Source: Lepidodermella squamata
Taxonomy: Eukaryota; Animalia; Gastrotricha
NCBI GenBank assembly: GCA_047495785.1
Contig: JBLDXI010000032.1
Span: 1,426,001-1,490,000 of the forward strand
DNA: 64,000 bases
Direction of reading: 5' to 3'
The position numbers and the translations under genes were made by a program. The first letter of the stretch is position 1. Each line of letters starts with the position of its first letter. The notes under the pieces were generated by a model. That model was not told the origin of the DNA, made no database searches, and was given only the letters and a program-made list of their open reading frames with translations. Below are positions 14,120-27,722 of this stretch, piece by piece.

Positions 14120-17100
14120 ATGTTATCACGAAAAGAGGGATTCAGCAAGGCATTTAGCCGCGTGAAACAAAAAGTTGATCAAAATCTTGGCAGGTTTGTT
14201 TACTTATTTATTTTATTACACCTTTAGCTCATCATTTTGGCGTAGGGCTGAAGCGACTCGCGCACTAAATGATGATAGTCTAGAAGCGGAGCGCAGAATT
14301 GGCAATGTGCAGAAGGCTATGGAGCGGTTCAGCAAGGCCACTAAAGAATATACTGAACACTGTAATGTATGTTTATCCTCTCGATGATTGTTATCTATGG
14401 AAAACTGTCGATTATCTGTAACAGAAACCGCCGGAGGATATTCTTGTGAAAAGTTTTCAGAAGAATGGAGAGGCTCTTGGACAGCTGCGAGATTTAGGGT
14501 ATTAATACCACTAATTGATCACAATTATTTTGATGTTATTATTATGTCTGCAGTGACATTTGGCTGGGCGGCGCTAATGTTGAGAAGCAGCTGGCGATTG
14601 AGCGCGAGAATTTGCAATCCGTCATTAAATCGACAATAGACGATCGCTGTCGCCATGTCGAAGTATGTAGCCGCGTTAATTTGACACACGCGTGTCTTCA
14701 TGTTCCAATTAATATCGTGGTATGTATCTAAAACTGACTATTCATTCCTCGCAGGAACAACTCAGTAATGTGCGACGAATGCGGAAAGATCTGGACAATT
14801 ACATTCTGGACATGGATGCAGCTCGCCGGCGGTAAGTGTCTGTGTATCCAGCGCATTCAAGATTGTGTACTGTTGTTGCTCGCCAGACAGTGTGTAGCCA
14901 ATTAAATAATAAGTAGCCGGCGTGAATGAGCCAAGTGTGCCACTTATTGTGTGATAAAAGTATCTTAGCGATGCAGAAATAATACCGTCGTCGTATTATT
15001 TATGGCCGGTTAGCGTGAGTGTGATTATTGGCTATGCCTACCTGGCTAAACAACAACAACAGTGGCAATGAAGCATGAGATTATTGCTTGGGTTTAATTA
15101 CGAGGACGCGCCCTGATTTATTCATTCACTAATGCAGGTATACGCAGCTCATGCGCCAACAAGGTGGCAATGCAACAGGATACTCGACAGGCGCCCAGCA
15201 ATCGTCCTACGGTGACGGTAGCTGGTCTTCAACGGGAACCGCGCAGAGCCAACCAGATTATTCGGCTGAAGTCGCGTCTGCGTGGCAGAAAGTCGAATGT
15301 GCTCGGGTAAATTGACGGAAAAAATTGAAAGAAAATTGAGCAAAAATTGATAAATTTCATTTCAATTTCTGATTGATAAAAAAATTAAGGAGGATTTTTT
15401 TAATATTTTTTTCAGGATTCGCTTGAGGCTGAAATGAATGAAATCATCGCACATGAATACGAATACGGTGAAGTGGTGATTCAGTTTCTGGAGCAACAAG
15501 CTCAGTATCACGAGCGGTCTTTCCGCATTCTAAAATCGGTAATTCCGTCGCTGCGCGAGCGGTTGGACGACTCGGTTAATCGCCCGGTGTTTGGTCTAGC
15601 CCTCTCCGATCACTTGCGCTTGTGGCACCGCAAAATCGCCCTCGTCATCGAATATTGCTGCTTGCATTTGCTCAAATTCGGAAAAACTGAAGAGGTTAGA
15701 TCCTTCAATTCCTTTAATTTTTAGATGAATTATTTGTGAATTTTTTCAGGGCTTATTCCGTATAGCGGCAGGTGCTTCAAAAATCCGGCGATTAAAGTCG
15801 AAATTTAACAGCGGCCAGTTGAATAGTTACCAATGGCCGCCGAACGTACCTCAACTTCACGACTATTCCGGCACTTTGACCGACTCATCGGTGGGCCAAA
15901 GCAGCATGTCTTCATCGCCCGATTATTTCCTGCCCTCGACGGACCCGAACGACTCGGTTGAGTTCGACGTCCACGCCCTGGCCGGTGTTTTGAAGCAGTA
16001 CCTACGTGATTTACCCGACCCGTTGCTGACATCGGCGCTCGTTGACGAGTGGACGCAAGCCGCCGTGCTGCCCGAAGACGACCGCCTTGTCGTGATTCAG
16101 GCGCTTTTGTCGCGGCTGCCGGCCGAGAATTACGAAAATCTGCGATATCTCGTTCATTTCTTGTCACTTTTGACCCAGTTCGCCGACCAAAACCGAATGA
16201 CGCCAAGCAACGTTGGCATCGTCATTGGGCCCAGTATAATGCCATCGAGTGCTCGAATGGCCGAAAAGTGAGTCGGATTTTATACCTTAATTAGCTTTAT
16301 CAGAACCTGGCCAAATATTTTCGCAGATATTTATTGAAAATTCTGGAATTTTATTCAGGTCATTTTGCTAAATTTGTTGAATTTTCTATTTTTAATTCCG
16401 GTCAGTCGAGTGCTGTTGAGCTAGCTTGTTTACGCGAGGATAAAAGGCTCTCACAAGGCACAATAGCATCGATTTTCAGAGCTTATTATTATGATTATTT
16501 GTTAACCATTCGTTAATTTGTTTTCAAGTGCCGCCGCGGCCGCTGCTCTCGGAGCAAATATGCAGTTGACTCAGCCGGCGATAATTCTCCAGACATTCAT
16601 CGAACACGTTGACTTGCTGTTCCCAGGAAGTGAGTTTCTATCACACAAAAGCATTTTTTTGAAAATGATCAATAATAATAATAATAAATGGAGTCTGTTT
16701 ATTTATTCAAATGAGCACAATTCTATGAAATATTATGTAAATTGGGGGCTTATTACTTCCTTAATATTAACAACACCACGGCTTGCTATCAGCAGAAAAA
16801 TCTACCTTGAGAAAAAAATAACTCGCTCACGCCTCTTTTTTCTTTACTATTATAATTTGATTATCGTATTTGCCCACTGCCCACTCTATTAAGGAACCGC
16901 GTTTAAGCCGGAAGCAAATGCTTACCTGTACAACTCGAGTGAGAACAACAACAATATCGATCAGCGATCAAATCGCCTGCGAAGTTCGTCGCCGAAAGCG
17001 AGCTATCGAACGCTATCGCCGCCGCAAAATCACCGAAATGAACGCCGCTTTTCGAACAGCGGCTCGCTAGACGGGGTTCTCGACGACCAGGCCGTACCTG

Positions 17101-20100
17101 GCTCGGAACATTCGATCTCAGAAGAGCCGCAAATCACGGAATTTGTGGACGAAAAACCACCGATGAAACGCCACCCGGCCCTGCCGGCTAGCGGGGCGTT
17201 TTTAACCGACAAGGACGCTGTCGCTAAATCGCGTCAACAAAACGCCGCCATTCCTAATAATAATAACAGTAATAATAAACGTCAAAACGGCTCGGTGAAA
17301 GAGCATAGCCAGAAGTCGAAAGATCCGGTTGTTGCGGTGAAAAAATCGCAGCAGAACAACCACCACGGCTCGCCGCGGGTTGTAAAAGCGATTTTGAACT
17401 CGATCCGGCAAAATTCACACCACGAAACGCCGACGCATCCGCAATTCAATGCGTCTGATATGGAAATTACGGCCGGTAGTACGTTTCTACCGACTTTTAT
17501 TTCCGAAAATCGAACTATGGCTGAAAATGACGATGATAGCTATTACGATGAAGACGATACTGTAGCTGTGATGGATACGTCATCGATGAGACGGGTCACG
17601 AAAATCGTTGCTGAGCCGCAGAAGGATGCTGTACTAGCCGACGCGGCTATGCAACGGCAGATTCGGGCTGAAGTTCGGCGTTTGAAGTCGAAGGAATTGC
17701 GGAATAAATTCTTTTCCGACTCGTCGTCGTCGTCGGCGTCGTCGAATGAAACCCCGCGGCCGAATGAGAATAATTTGTCGGTTGTTGTATCGACGATTCC
17801 GAGAAACGTGCTGATTTTCCCACCGGTTGCCGATCAACCGAGTCCGATGACGAGTTATAACGATTCGTCGTCGAACACGCCGTCTGCCGCAGGTTTGTCC
17901 GGGCTCCTTATCAACCTCTTCTACCTTAAATACCTGTTTATAATACATACCTATTATAATATATACTTTACCGTGTTGTCGCGTGCAATTTTTCGTTTCA
18001 TTTCTTGTTTTCGTTCTGTTTTCTTTTCAATTTCGTGGGGTTTGAATGGGAGCGAATTGACGTCGTTCTTATTGATAACTGCTGCTATAACAATCGCACG
18101 CTATTTTTTCTTAATACTAACAATGCACGTATAACGTTATTTCCTGTAAAATAATGGCGAATCAGAGCAATATTTTTGTGTTATTGGGGCATTGAGGGTG
18201 ACGGAGCTTTGAATTTGAAGGCATAGGAATCCAGAACGATCTTATATTGCTTTGTTGGATTGGCTTGTTGGGCCTGAAAAGATTGGCTTTGACATCAGGA
18301 TCGGGGATTTGAATTTTGATTGTGGTTTGTGAATTTTAGCGCTATAGATTCCTAAAGTTGGGCTTTTCAATTTCTCCCATAAATAATTATGTCTATTTTG
18401 GCGTTTTTTCTCCGAGCCTTGGAAAATTGGAAGTTCGGAATTTCGCAATTTCACGACAACAGCATACAATTTTCCAGCTAGACGCAGCTGAGTGAGCCCT
18501 ATTCGATGGTCAAATTTCTTGAAATTATTCCCAAAGGGGTGCTTGCAATGCTCCTAGATATTTTATACTATATTATGCCCCACCCTTAAGGAGCCGAATT
18601 TTATCGATTTTTCGAGGAGAGATAGATCAGAAGCTATTCGCACGCAAAAATTGAACTCTTCGAACGAAAATTGAAGAAGTTCGCTATTTCTGAGTTTTAT
18701 TTAGCAACTTTGCGAATAAATTACGTAATATTAGGAAATTCAAATTAAAAGTTGTCCAGTACTTCTTTATTGACATTGGAATCTTTACGTAAGTTAGGCA
18801 CTAAATTTTGAATTTTGATACGCCTATTTTCATGGCATCAAAGTAACATCTTATTTTAAGGCAGAGGAATTCTCGATGAAGTTTTCTGGACTTTTTTGAA
18901 ATTTCGTGTAAATCCGTTATGGGGTCAAAGAATTCGGTTCCATCAACTTTGCGCAAAATATATTAAGGTGGAATTTTTAATTTTGCTCTGGTTCGATGCC
19001 TCATAATATTATTCCGATGTCTTTCACTCTTCTTTGGCATAACATGATGACATTTGATCAATTGTCTCATATTTTTTCTCGTGTTGTTGTTTATCATCAT
19101 CATCGTTGTTGACACGCTTCGTCGCTGCAGCTGGGTCGGAGCGGTTGAAGAACAACCAGCCGCGTAAATTATCGCACAAGTCATCGCTTGCTATACGCCC
19201 GGGCGGCGGCAACGTGATCTACAGTTGCCACGAGACGACTAACAGTAGCGCTAACTCGTCGCGACGTGTCTCGTCGAGCGAGCACTTGCATTTCGTCGAT
19301 GACGAGGCGTACGACCCGGCGCCGTTCGATTCCGGCTGCGATCACAAGGGCTTTGTGAAAAACACGCTGCATAGCAATGTCGGCGCTAACCGACGCAGCC
19401 GCAGCGAGGCTGTGTTGCGCCGCGCCGCCACTATCGAACGTTTTGGTTTGTTTTTGTTTGCATCGTCATTCGCCGTAAAAAACAAACAACCAAACCATCG
19501 TAAAATTGAATGAAAGTTGAAACCGCATGTCGAAAAATTGAAATAATGGAAGAGAAAAATAGCTATTACCTATTCTGCTTTCTAGCGTATAGAAATAGCG
19601 CTGAAAATAATTTCGGCCTTAACAATTATGGTGTCGTATCTATCTGTTAGTTGATAGAAATGCTTGAAATTACTAACTTGGCCTGCTCGCTTTTGATTTG
19701 ATCTGGATCTTGGGAAGGAATGGGTTAATTTTTTGTTTCATCGTAAATTTGTTGTGTTAAATTGATATGGTAACTAGCATGGGTATTTCTAGCGCAATTC
19801 ATACCTTGTTTGGTGTTTTTTTACATGATTTTTGTTAGAAAATCTACCCTAAATTTGCACTGATTTTATTCGCAGAATCTCCCGAAGTTCCTGAGCATTT
19901 AGGCGGTCACGATCAAGCAGTGCCGAGCCGGCCTAACATCCCGCCGCCGCCTGTACCACCTGTAACTGGTCACCAGCCGGTGCTAATGTCGTCGCTGAAA
20001 TCGAGCGATATCAGCCGACACGGCTCGACTGCTTCGAATGCGTCGGCAAATTCGTTGCCGGTCCAACCAACAATCTTGCCGGCGCTGAATAAATTGCCCG

Positions 20101-20811
20101 ATTTGGAAGTGGTCACAACGCCGAAGCATGCGTTCCAACAACAAGCTCCTTCGCCACAATCTCGTTAGTTGAATTTACATGCTAAAAATAAGGAACAATT
20201 TTGAACAGCGTGAAATTTGAAGTGCCAAAAATTGGATAAATAATGGTAAAAATTGAAAAATATGCGGGAAAATCAGCAATCACCATTGGTTCGAATTGCA
20301 GAATTCTTTGAGCAAAAAGCCTTTTTTAACTCCTGTAGCGGTTTTTAATTTCCACGTCTTTGAAATGTACCAAAAATGTGCAAATCAAATTCAAAATTAT
20401 TAAGGTGGATTTTTTATTTGGACGATTTTTTGTTATTCAGGTGGAGAAACACCTAATGGGTCGGTTCCGGGTGTTCCCAGGCGACGGGCGCCCTTGGCCC
20501 CGCCTCAGGTGCCTCCGCCGCCGCCCCCTCCCAGCACGCCACCAGCGAATGCCATGCCGCAACAACCGCCCTCACAATCACTCTACCAACAGCAGCAGCA
20601 ACCGGATGTCTATCAAAACGTTCCAAATCTACCGCCGCCGTTGGTCCCATCACCCGCTCAACAGGTGGTTCGAACTGCTAAAACTATAATAATATCGCAA
20701 ACAACACCGACGAACGGCGTTGATAATTCGATTCGAACTGGCGGCGGCGCTGAAAATGGCCAGAGTCGAGCGCGCAGTGATACTGGCGAAATGATAGTTA
20801 CCTCGCTGTGA
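14120..20811 (+). CDS. BAR-domain RhoGAP of the ARHGAP17/ARHGAP44 (RICH)/SH3BP1 family; many exons
   Basis: N-terminus KAFSRVKQKVDQNLG|RAEATRALNDDSLEAERRI; QQAQYHERS...RPVFGLALSDHL; arginine finger EEGLFRIAAGASKIRRLK; DVHALAGVLKQYLRDLPDPLLT; NRMTPSNVGIVIGP; Pro-rich C-terminus. Confidence 0.9.
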
Positions 20812-22169
20812 AAAAAAGAAACAAAAACACATAATTTTAATAAACCAATGAGAACATTTATAAAATAATAAGATGAAAAAATTGCGCAGAAATCAATAAT
20901 GTGCTGCTCTTCCTTGATGCATATATGGTCGCTCTTCTTGCTTTCAACGTGTTCTAAGATGATTCGCGTTTTCACAAGACTTCTATGCTGCTTCTATGCA
21001 ATTGTCTATCTCTCTCTCAAAGACATCGTTTCGTGAAACAATTTTCTGTCTTTTTTTCGCCTGCCGTCTCTTCACTTTGTGTCCTGCTCGTTGCCATTTT
21101 GCAGATTATCGAAGATAGTTGCAGCAAAACTCACAGACCGAATCGCTCGAATAATTATTGTCTTGTACCGTCGTTTCTTTTCTTCGCAATTTCTCGTTTG
21201 AAAACCCGAAAAAGCAGAGACAACAAATAATTTGTGTTGATTTTTTATTACCGCTGTTATTATTTTAATTGATTTATTTGTCGATGAAAATTAACCTCTT
21301 TATCATCTCTCTTGCGCGCGGCAGCTTTGCCTCACTAACCAATTTTGACGGAATCAAATACGCGAGTATTACGATGAAATATCAGAGTCGTGTGAAAATC
21401 GGTGTGTTATAAATATAAATTAGAAAAATTAGCAAAAATTATATATTTTTCTGCCGTAACTTTTGATTCCACGAGCTTTTGTAATAGCAATTTTGGCTTG
21501 CCTAGAAAGCAATCGAATGCATTTATTTGAAAACTATTGAGGTATTTAGATGTTGTGTGTTAATATTTAACTAAAAATGTGGTTAATTGTATAAAAACTT
21601 ATCGCCATGCTTGGTTTGTGCTCTTTTGATATATGTTAATACCATCTGTGTAAAATGTGTAGTATCTACCTGAAATCAGTAAGTGCCTGAGTAAAAATTA
21701 ATTACAAAGCGGAAGGAATGTATGCAATGAGAGCTCATTTCGATAGATTTTATAGTATCTATGATATAACACGACTAATTTCGCACTATTTTCGGCTGTT
21801 CTCCAGCAGTGTTTTCTTCGCGGTTTTTAATTTTCCTATTTTTCGAGTTGTAATACTTACCTGAAAGCAGTAAAGCTAGCCGGCTTTTCATTAGTATTAT
21901 ACGTAATTATTGATGTGTTTAAATAATATTGACCGAAAACTCCTATATAATTGTATAAAACTGCCACCAATTTGAATGATGGTGGCTATGAGTATATGAA
22001 TTGATCTTAAATTCGAAATGTTAAAGCTGTCGTATAATTTATTATGAGAAAACGCTTTGAATGCTTGAGCTGGTAAAATTTCCAATAAAAGATTGAACTT
22101 CAACAAAACTGTCTCATTTTTATGCTTGACAGCAAAACCGCTCCAAAATAAATATGAGGTTTCCCAATC

Positions 22170-23150
22170 ACAATAATAATAATAATAGGTAATCTCCAAA
22201 AAGCTCAGAAAAGTAAGCGGAATGATGAAATGGCCAATGAACAGTTTCATCGAAATTACTTAGAAGCATCATAGATTTCTCACCACAAGTATCAACATAA
22301 ATTCTAGTGGACACTTTCATGGACTGTTGACTAGTTGACATTTCCCAGGTCACCCACCTTCAGGGAATTACTTTTGTCAACACCGAGCTGCTGAATCGCG
22401 TCCGGGAGGATGGAATGGGACATCAGGTGACAATTATTGAAGCATCAATTCACGATTTGACCATGTCACTATTTGGCGTGGGGACTTATGACTAAAATAT
22501 CGGGCAAAACAAATTAGAAGTGTATGCTTCAATAGAGATGTAACAGTTTTAAATTGGCGTAGCGACATCACTGCCTAAAACAAATAGGCACTCTGCAGAA
22601 TCGTTGACATCTACTTTGACAATGTGCTGACAGCCTTCAGCGTCAGATTCGGACGAAGCGATTACCAAAGGATTCATTGTTAGTATTATTCTTCAACGTT
22701 TCGTTAAATTGTGTTCGAATTTGAGTCGACACGTTTCGAGAGATGAAAATTTGACGATTCTGGGGAAAATAGGGAAAGGTGGAGGTACTTTTACTTATTT
22801 TTATACCACCTCTCCGTCCTGCCTCGGACTATATTAAATAGTATATCTCGGTAATGTACTATACGCAAAATTACAACTACGGGGCAGTCCGAGCTTCAAA
22901 AACCTTCGTTCTCGGAAGTCACAAAAAACGGTGCAAAAGACCTGTGAAGAACGAAGAAGGAATCGCGCCAATTTCCTGTCAACCGCACGTGAAAAGAATG
23001 ACTCAATCAACATCCCACATGAACTTGATAATATCATCTCACATTCGTCTGAAATTTGTCGTATCAATGTCAAGGTTAAAAATGACCATTTTTCAAAAAT
23101 CCAAGACTCGGACCATTTTAGCATATGGCACATGTCATATGCCATGATCG
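22170..23150 (-). pseudogene. Decayed class A GPCR-like remnant (other copies at ~31930-32950 and partially ~23590-24245)
   Basis: SDECEMILSSSCGMLIESFFSRAVDRKLA resembles TM3 with a DRY-like motif and is conserved in copy B (SDEFQMILSSSCGLLIELGFSHAVD); frames otherwise broken. Confidence 0.4.
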
Positions 23151-26100
23151 ATGATTCTTACTAATTACCGTCAATCTGGTTTTGTTTTTTCGCATGTTTT
23201 TCACGCTCGCTGATAAATCTATAGGTAGCATTATAAGAATAATAAATTCTGTTTTTCACGCCATGCCGACCTCACTGACCTCACTGGCTCCGAGGGCACT
23301 GGCAAAAATAACCACGGTTCGCAGTTATGCCGAACGGTTTCATATGATTTGAACCTGTGATTGGTTTGACGGTGACCAACTTCTCCGAAGGAAGTGGGAG
23401 ATATTTTGACACATATATTTGCGGTTATTTTCACTTAGATGAGGCCTACCTCAAGATATAAACGATAAGGAATTTGATTAGTTTTCATTTCGAACTACAA
23501 CAGGGCGAAATTTGCACCCACCACGAAAGCAAAACGGTCTGGTCTGATTGGACAATTGAAATAATGATGAGGTTACAAGTATAGCAACTTTAACCAACAT
23601 ATTTTGGACGCCATGTGCTTTTCTCATTGCAAGTGTCTGAGTAAATTCTAGGCGACGTCGTTACGGACTGCTGACTTGACATTTGCCTGTCGGAGTCACG
23701 GACCTCTAGGTTATCAATGTTGTCCCGTTCCGGGAGTATGAATAATCGGACTAATGAAACACCCTACGATTGAGGCTAAAATGGAGTACTAATTTGGAAA
23801 TTGTTATCCTCTATGGAGAAGTAGAAGTTAACTAGCGATATTGCTGGAATTGTCTGAACTGTCCGAAAAAGGCCTAAATCAACGGACAGCCCCTAAAAGA
23901 CACTTTGACTTGAGACTAAAACGTTCAAAACCCTCTTCCTTGGCGCACGTGCACAAGGGGGAAAGGGGTGGGGGCTAAGGAACGAAAACTGGCTATAGCA
24001 ACGGGCGAGTCCCACAAAATACTTCCACTAAGTCGCAGTAAATAACCCGTGACGACCTTATTGCGCTCATTTCATGATAACCGCACGTGGATAGCCTTAT
24101 CCAAGAATCAACAACCAACATACTGTCATGTCATATATCCGCCGGAGCAACTTTTTGTACCAAAGCCAAGGCTGAAATTGACCACCCGTTTCAATATAAC
24201 CAAGACTCAAACATCTTGGCACATGTCATGATCAATGATTTTACTCAAACGAAATTTGTTCATTTACATGACCGCGCGTTGACAAATATAGCATTTCTGA
24301 AGACAATTAAATTCTGCTGTATGTTTTGGCATTAGTTGACCAACAAGTAAATCTACGAGTAAAGCGTCTTGTTTTCTCGGTACGAACTTCATAGACTTCC
24401 GAGGATGGTCGGTACCGAAAAAGAGTTAGAGTAGCCCAAATTTGAAGCAAGAATACTTTGTCGACAAAAAGCGCGATACTGCGCCTATTCTCGCGACGTA
24501 AATAACCGGAATAACAATTGGCGTTGACAGGAAAAAGGTTTACAGCAAATCGTGAAGAATCATGTGATACGTATCAAATTGCCTGGAACCATCCGAGTTC
24601 TGCGAAGATTTCACCAGATAAGCCATTGCTATTTCGTGAACGACAAACGGCATCCAGCACACAGTAGATGCTGACAGCATCAATGCCGTTGTGTTGTTCA
24701 ATCTCGCTAACTTCATCCTAGTGCGTCCACTCGACCGTGCGATAACTTGGTGGAAGCTGAAGTGGCAGATTATGATGAAAGTTACAGCTAGTAACGTGAC
24801 GATCAAAACCAGAAATTCGAAAGAGTATTCGTACAAGCTATGTGAGAAATTCGAGCACCAGTTCCAGGAGCTACTACTTTGAACCTCTGCGGCCATGAAT
24901 GCACTCAGGTAAACATCCAGCAAAGAGTCTATCGAAGTGTTCAAGTGGCATGATTCTGGCAGGTCTGATGTGAGGATGTTCAAATAGGAATGAAAAGACG
25001 ACGCGTTGTTGGGATCGATGAAGAACACGCCGTGATTGAAGTCTTTTAGCGAGGAATTGGTTTCCGGAGCTTGAGCTATCTTCAAAATCGACTCGTCGCA
25101 ATTCATGTATTCAACAGCTATCAGAGATTGTTGTGGCTGAGTCGGCTGGGATTCCATTTTCACAAATGGTAGCATCAATTCGAATAGCGCATGGTAGATA
25201 ATAGCTGTTAAACATTGTTTGAAAGGGGGCGAGCTGGAAAATAATTAGTCTTACTCGTTAGAATTACTCCAATCGCAGAAAGACATGGAGCTTGCTTCAC
25301 AAGAAAGTGATTCGAAGCGCGATTATATTGATGGGGATGCACCTGATTGAAAGGAGGTTCCAATGATTGTGTCACATCGCTAGAAGGAAAACTCACGATT
25401 CCGATAAAATGGTCGAAAAACATTCCGCAAAGATTGAGCAGAAAATACAGATAGCCTGCCATTTCGAGGCTATGCTCCAGTCTATGGGCGCATTTGTTCA
25501 TTTTGGCGTCAACTTCGCAGAACCAGAAGACTTTCGCTCTTAGTAAGGAAATCGCTCTCAGCCCGCAGATCCAGATCCCAGTGCCCAAAAGACTCGCAAG
25601 GAATAGTCTGTAGTTTCGCCGCCGAATTTGGCCTCTAATAACGCCTTCCATGGCAAACGAATTGGCGACTGCAGCTATGATGAGGGTAGCAATTTCCGCT
25701 ACTGCTTTGAAATCCATGTTTTCGCAAACTTCCTAAATTTGGAATAAAGTTAACACTGCTATCCAATATAAGATAACATTAACACGTCAGCAAGACTACT
25801 CATTTCAATGGACAAAGGCAATCGGTATGCAGCTGTCATGCTCTGATTTCTAGGCAGAATTCGTCGTAAATATCGTTCAGACGGCTGGCAAGAAGTTTGC
25901 AACTTAGGTAGGCGAATTGCTACGCAAACTATCTTTACCTTTATTGGTACTTATTGGTGTTAATCTGATGTCAGCAAACATGTACTCAATCCGATTCTAG
26001 CGCTTCAAGGGGTCTGGGGACCTCTTGAACCATGACAAGTGGCCGACTGCAGACACGTTTTTCCATGTTTGTGTGTCAGAACTCATATTATAATCATACA

Positions 26101-26250
26101 TCATCCGCCGCCCGATGTCACCTGTCAATGTGGATTTATTCATTACATAATTGATTAATGGAAAGAATTACCTAATTTATATTACATCATCTTGTTAAAC
26201 TTGACTGCGGGGTTATATATAATATATGACTCATTAGTTAGGATTCAAAT
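22250..26250. repeat. Local duplication copy A (paralogous to ~31927-34885)
   Basis: Colinear matches from cgaaattactt...aaattctagtggac...gtccgggaggatg through the GPCR gene to gactc(a/g)ttag...ttcaaatg; copy A has extra material at ~23200-24250. Confidence 0.9.
24426..25717 (-). pseudogene. Class A GPCR paralog A with premature TAA in TM7 (two ~50-bp introns)
   Basis: TM1 AEIATLIIAAVANS, TM3 LNLCGMFFDHFIGIVHP, TM6 VCWMPF; TAA at 24540-24542 aligns with TAC (Tyr) of paralog B and the frame continues FFLSTPIVIPVIY to a stop at 24426. Confidence 0.8.
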
Positions 26251-26439
26251 GCAGTGTGATTGCTAAGAACTGGTAAAAAAATCGTTTGCTTCTAGACTAT
26301 CGGACTTTTCGACGTATCCTTCGGCAATAGATAGGTAGATACAGTGTCCAGTAGTTGAGCACACTATAATGACGCATCCAGCTGTTTCTTTCGTTTGCCC
26401 AAGGGAAGGAAGCAAAACTGGTGGCAAAGAACAATGGTC

Positions 26440-27065
26440 CTTATCCCACTCCTAGTATCGGACATTTTTCAAAAAGATTGTTCCTTTTTTGGGCTCCTGG
26501 GCTATATAATGCCGGAATAAAAAATTGTGTGATTTTTGAGGAATTTTCGGAATTTTGTTTTCCACTCAGTCAACTGGCCAGAATTAGAGCGCTTGGTGCC
26601 CTAATATTTGGGCCTCCCCACGAATTGCCGCGAACTGGCGTTCGACTGGCAAATACCTGAAATTTGGTATCGTTAGATAGGTCTCGACGAGTAGAGTAAG
26701 GAAATCACTTAGGTATATTGCTCTGAAATTTCAAATTTCATGTCAGAAAAGAAGAAAAATAAGTGGATGAATGAATTCTTAATACAAAAGAGCTAAACCA
26801 GGAAAATGTCTTCACAGCTCACTCAGTTTGGCTCCAATTTTCAAATAACTTATACCACTGGATAGCCCATGAAAAATACCATGCAAAACCGTTTTTCAAC
26901 GAATTTTCAACGTGTTATTTTATGGCTAGACCAGTTTAAATTAGCTCTTTTTAATGGCTCAATAGATGCCAGATTTCGAATAAATATACTTATTCTGCAG
27001 CAATATGAAGGTAGATCCGGGTAGATATTTCGAAAACCACGTTTATGCCTCTTAGGAAGTAGGAA
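26440..27065. mobile_element. Probable non-autonomous repeat element, present here but not in duplication copy B
   Basis: Non-coding; motifs aaatttggtatcgttagataggtctcgacgag and ataccactggatagccc are of the kind seen in invertebrate non-autonomous DNA repeats; termini not defined. Confidence 0.3.
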
Positions 27066-27722
27066 GTGCTTTGCATCCTCTGGAGGCTAATGCTGCTCTG
27101 GAATTTTTCGCAAACTGGTTCTGATACATTTTTTCAGGGTGAAAGAGATGCGTTACTGGTGATTTTCCGCTGCTTATAAATATATCGGCGCAAACCTTCG
27201 AGTAGATGAAGTAAAAAAATGTTTCTTTGTTTCTTATGCGCAAAAGCCATGCGGAGCAAGAGAGGATGTCTCTTTTCGAAAGAGAAGGCCAACACTCCTT
27301 TCCTATGTTACGCGTCAATGCAGCCCTAAAATACCATTTCGACGGATTCGAAACAGCTTTCGGCAGTCCTAAGGACTGTCGCATGGTAGGTAGCAAAAGA
27401 CATCCGCAACGTATTGAGCGCAAAATAAAGATCAATATATATGTGCAATAAAATATCCCCAATATTTGCATAGTATGATGACGTCAGTTGGTTCTTATTT
27501 CGGTGTAATTGGCTTCACTCACCTTCAAGTTCGGTCACGTAGTTTCACCAAATTAGAACTCTCTCGTTACATGGGCGCCTTGAAATGCTAAAATCAGGCA
27601 AATAAATTAGATCGCTATGACGCTTTTACAATTAGCCATCGGGTCATAAGGACACAATTCCTAATGAAATTTTCACAAAGCCTAATATTTATTCCGATGA
27701 TACGTTGCCGCAAAAGTCTAAT

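Noticed and set aside
17893-18134. Hydrophobic C-terminus of the 329-aa ORF as a TM isoform of the RhoGAP
   Set aside because: Follows a CAG|GTTTGT donor into T-rich intron; most simply intron read-through.
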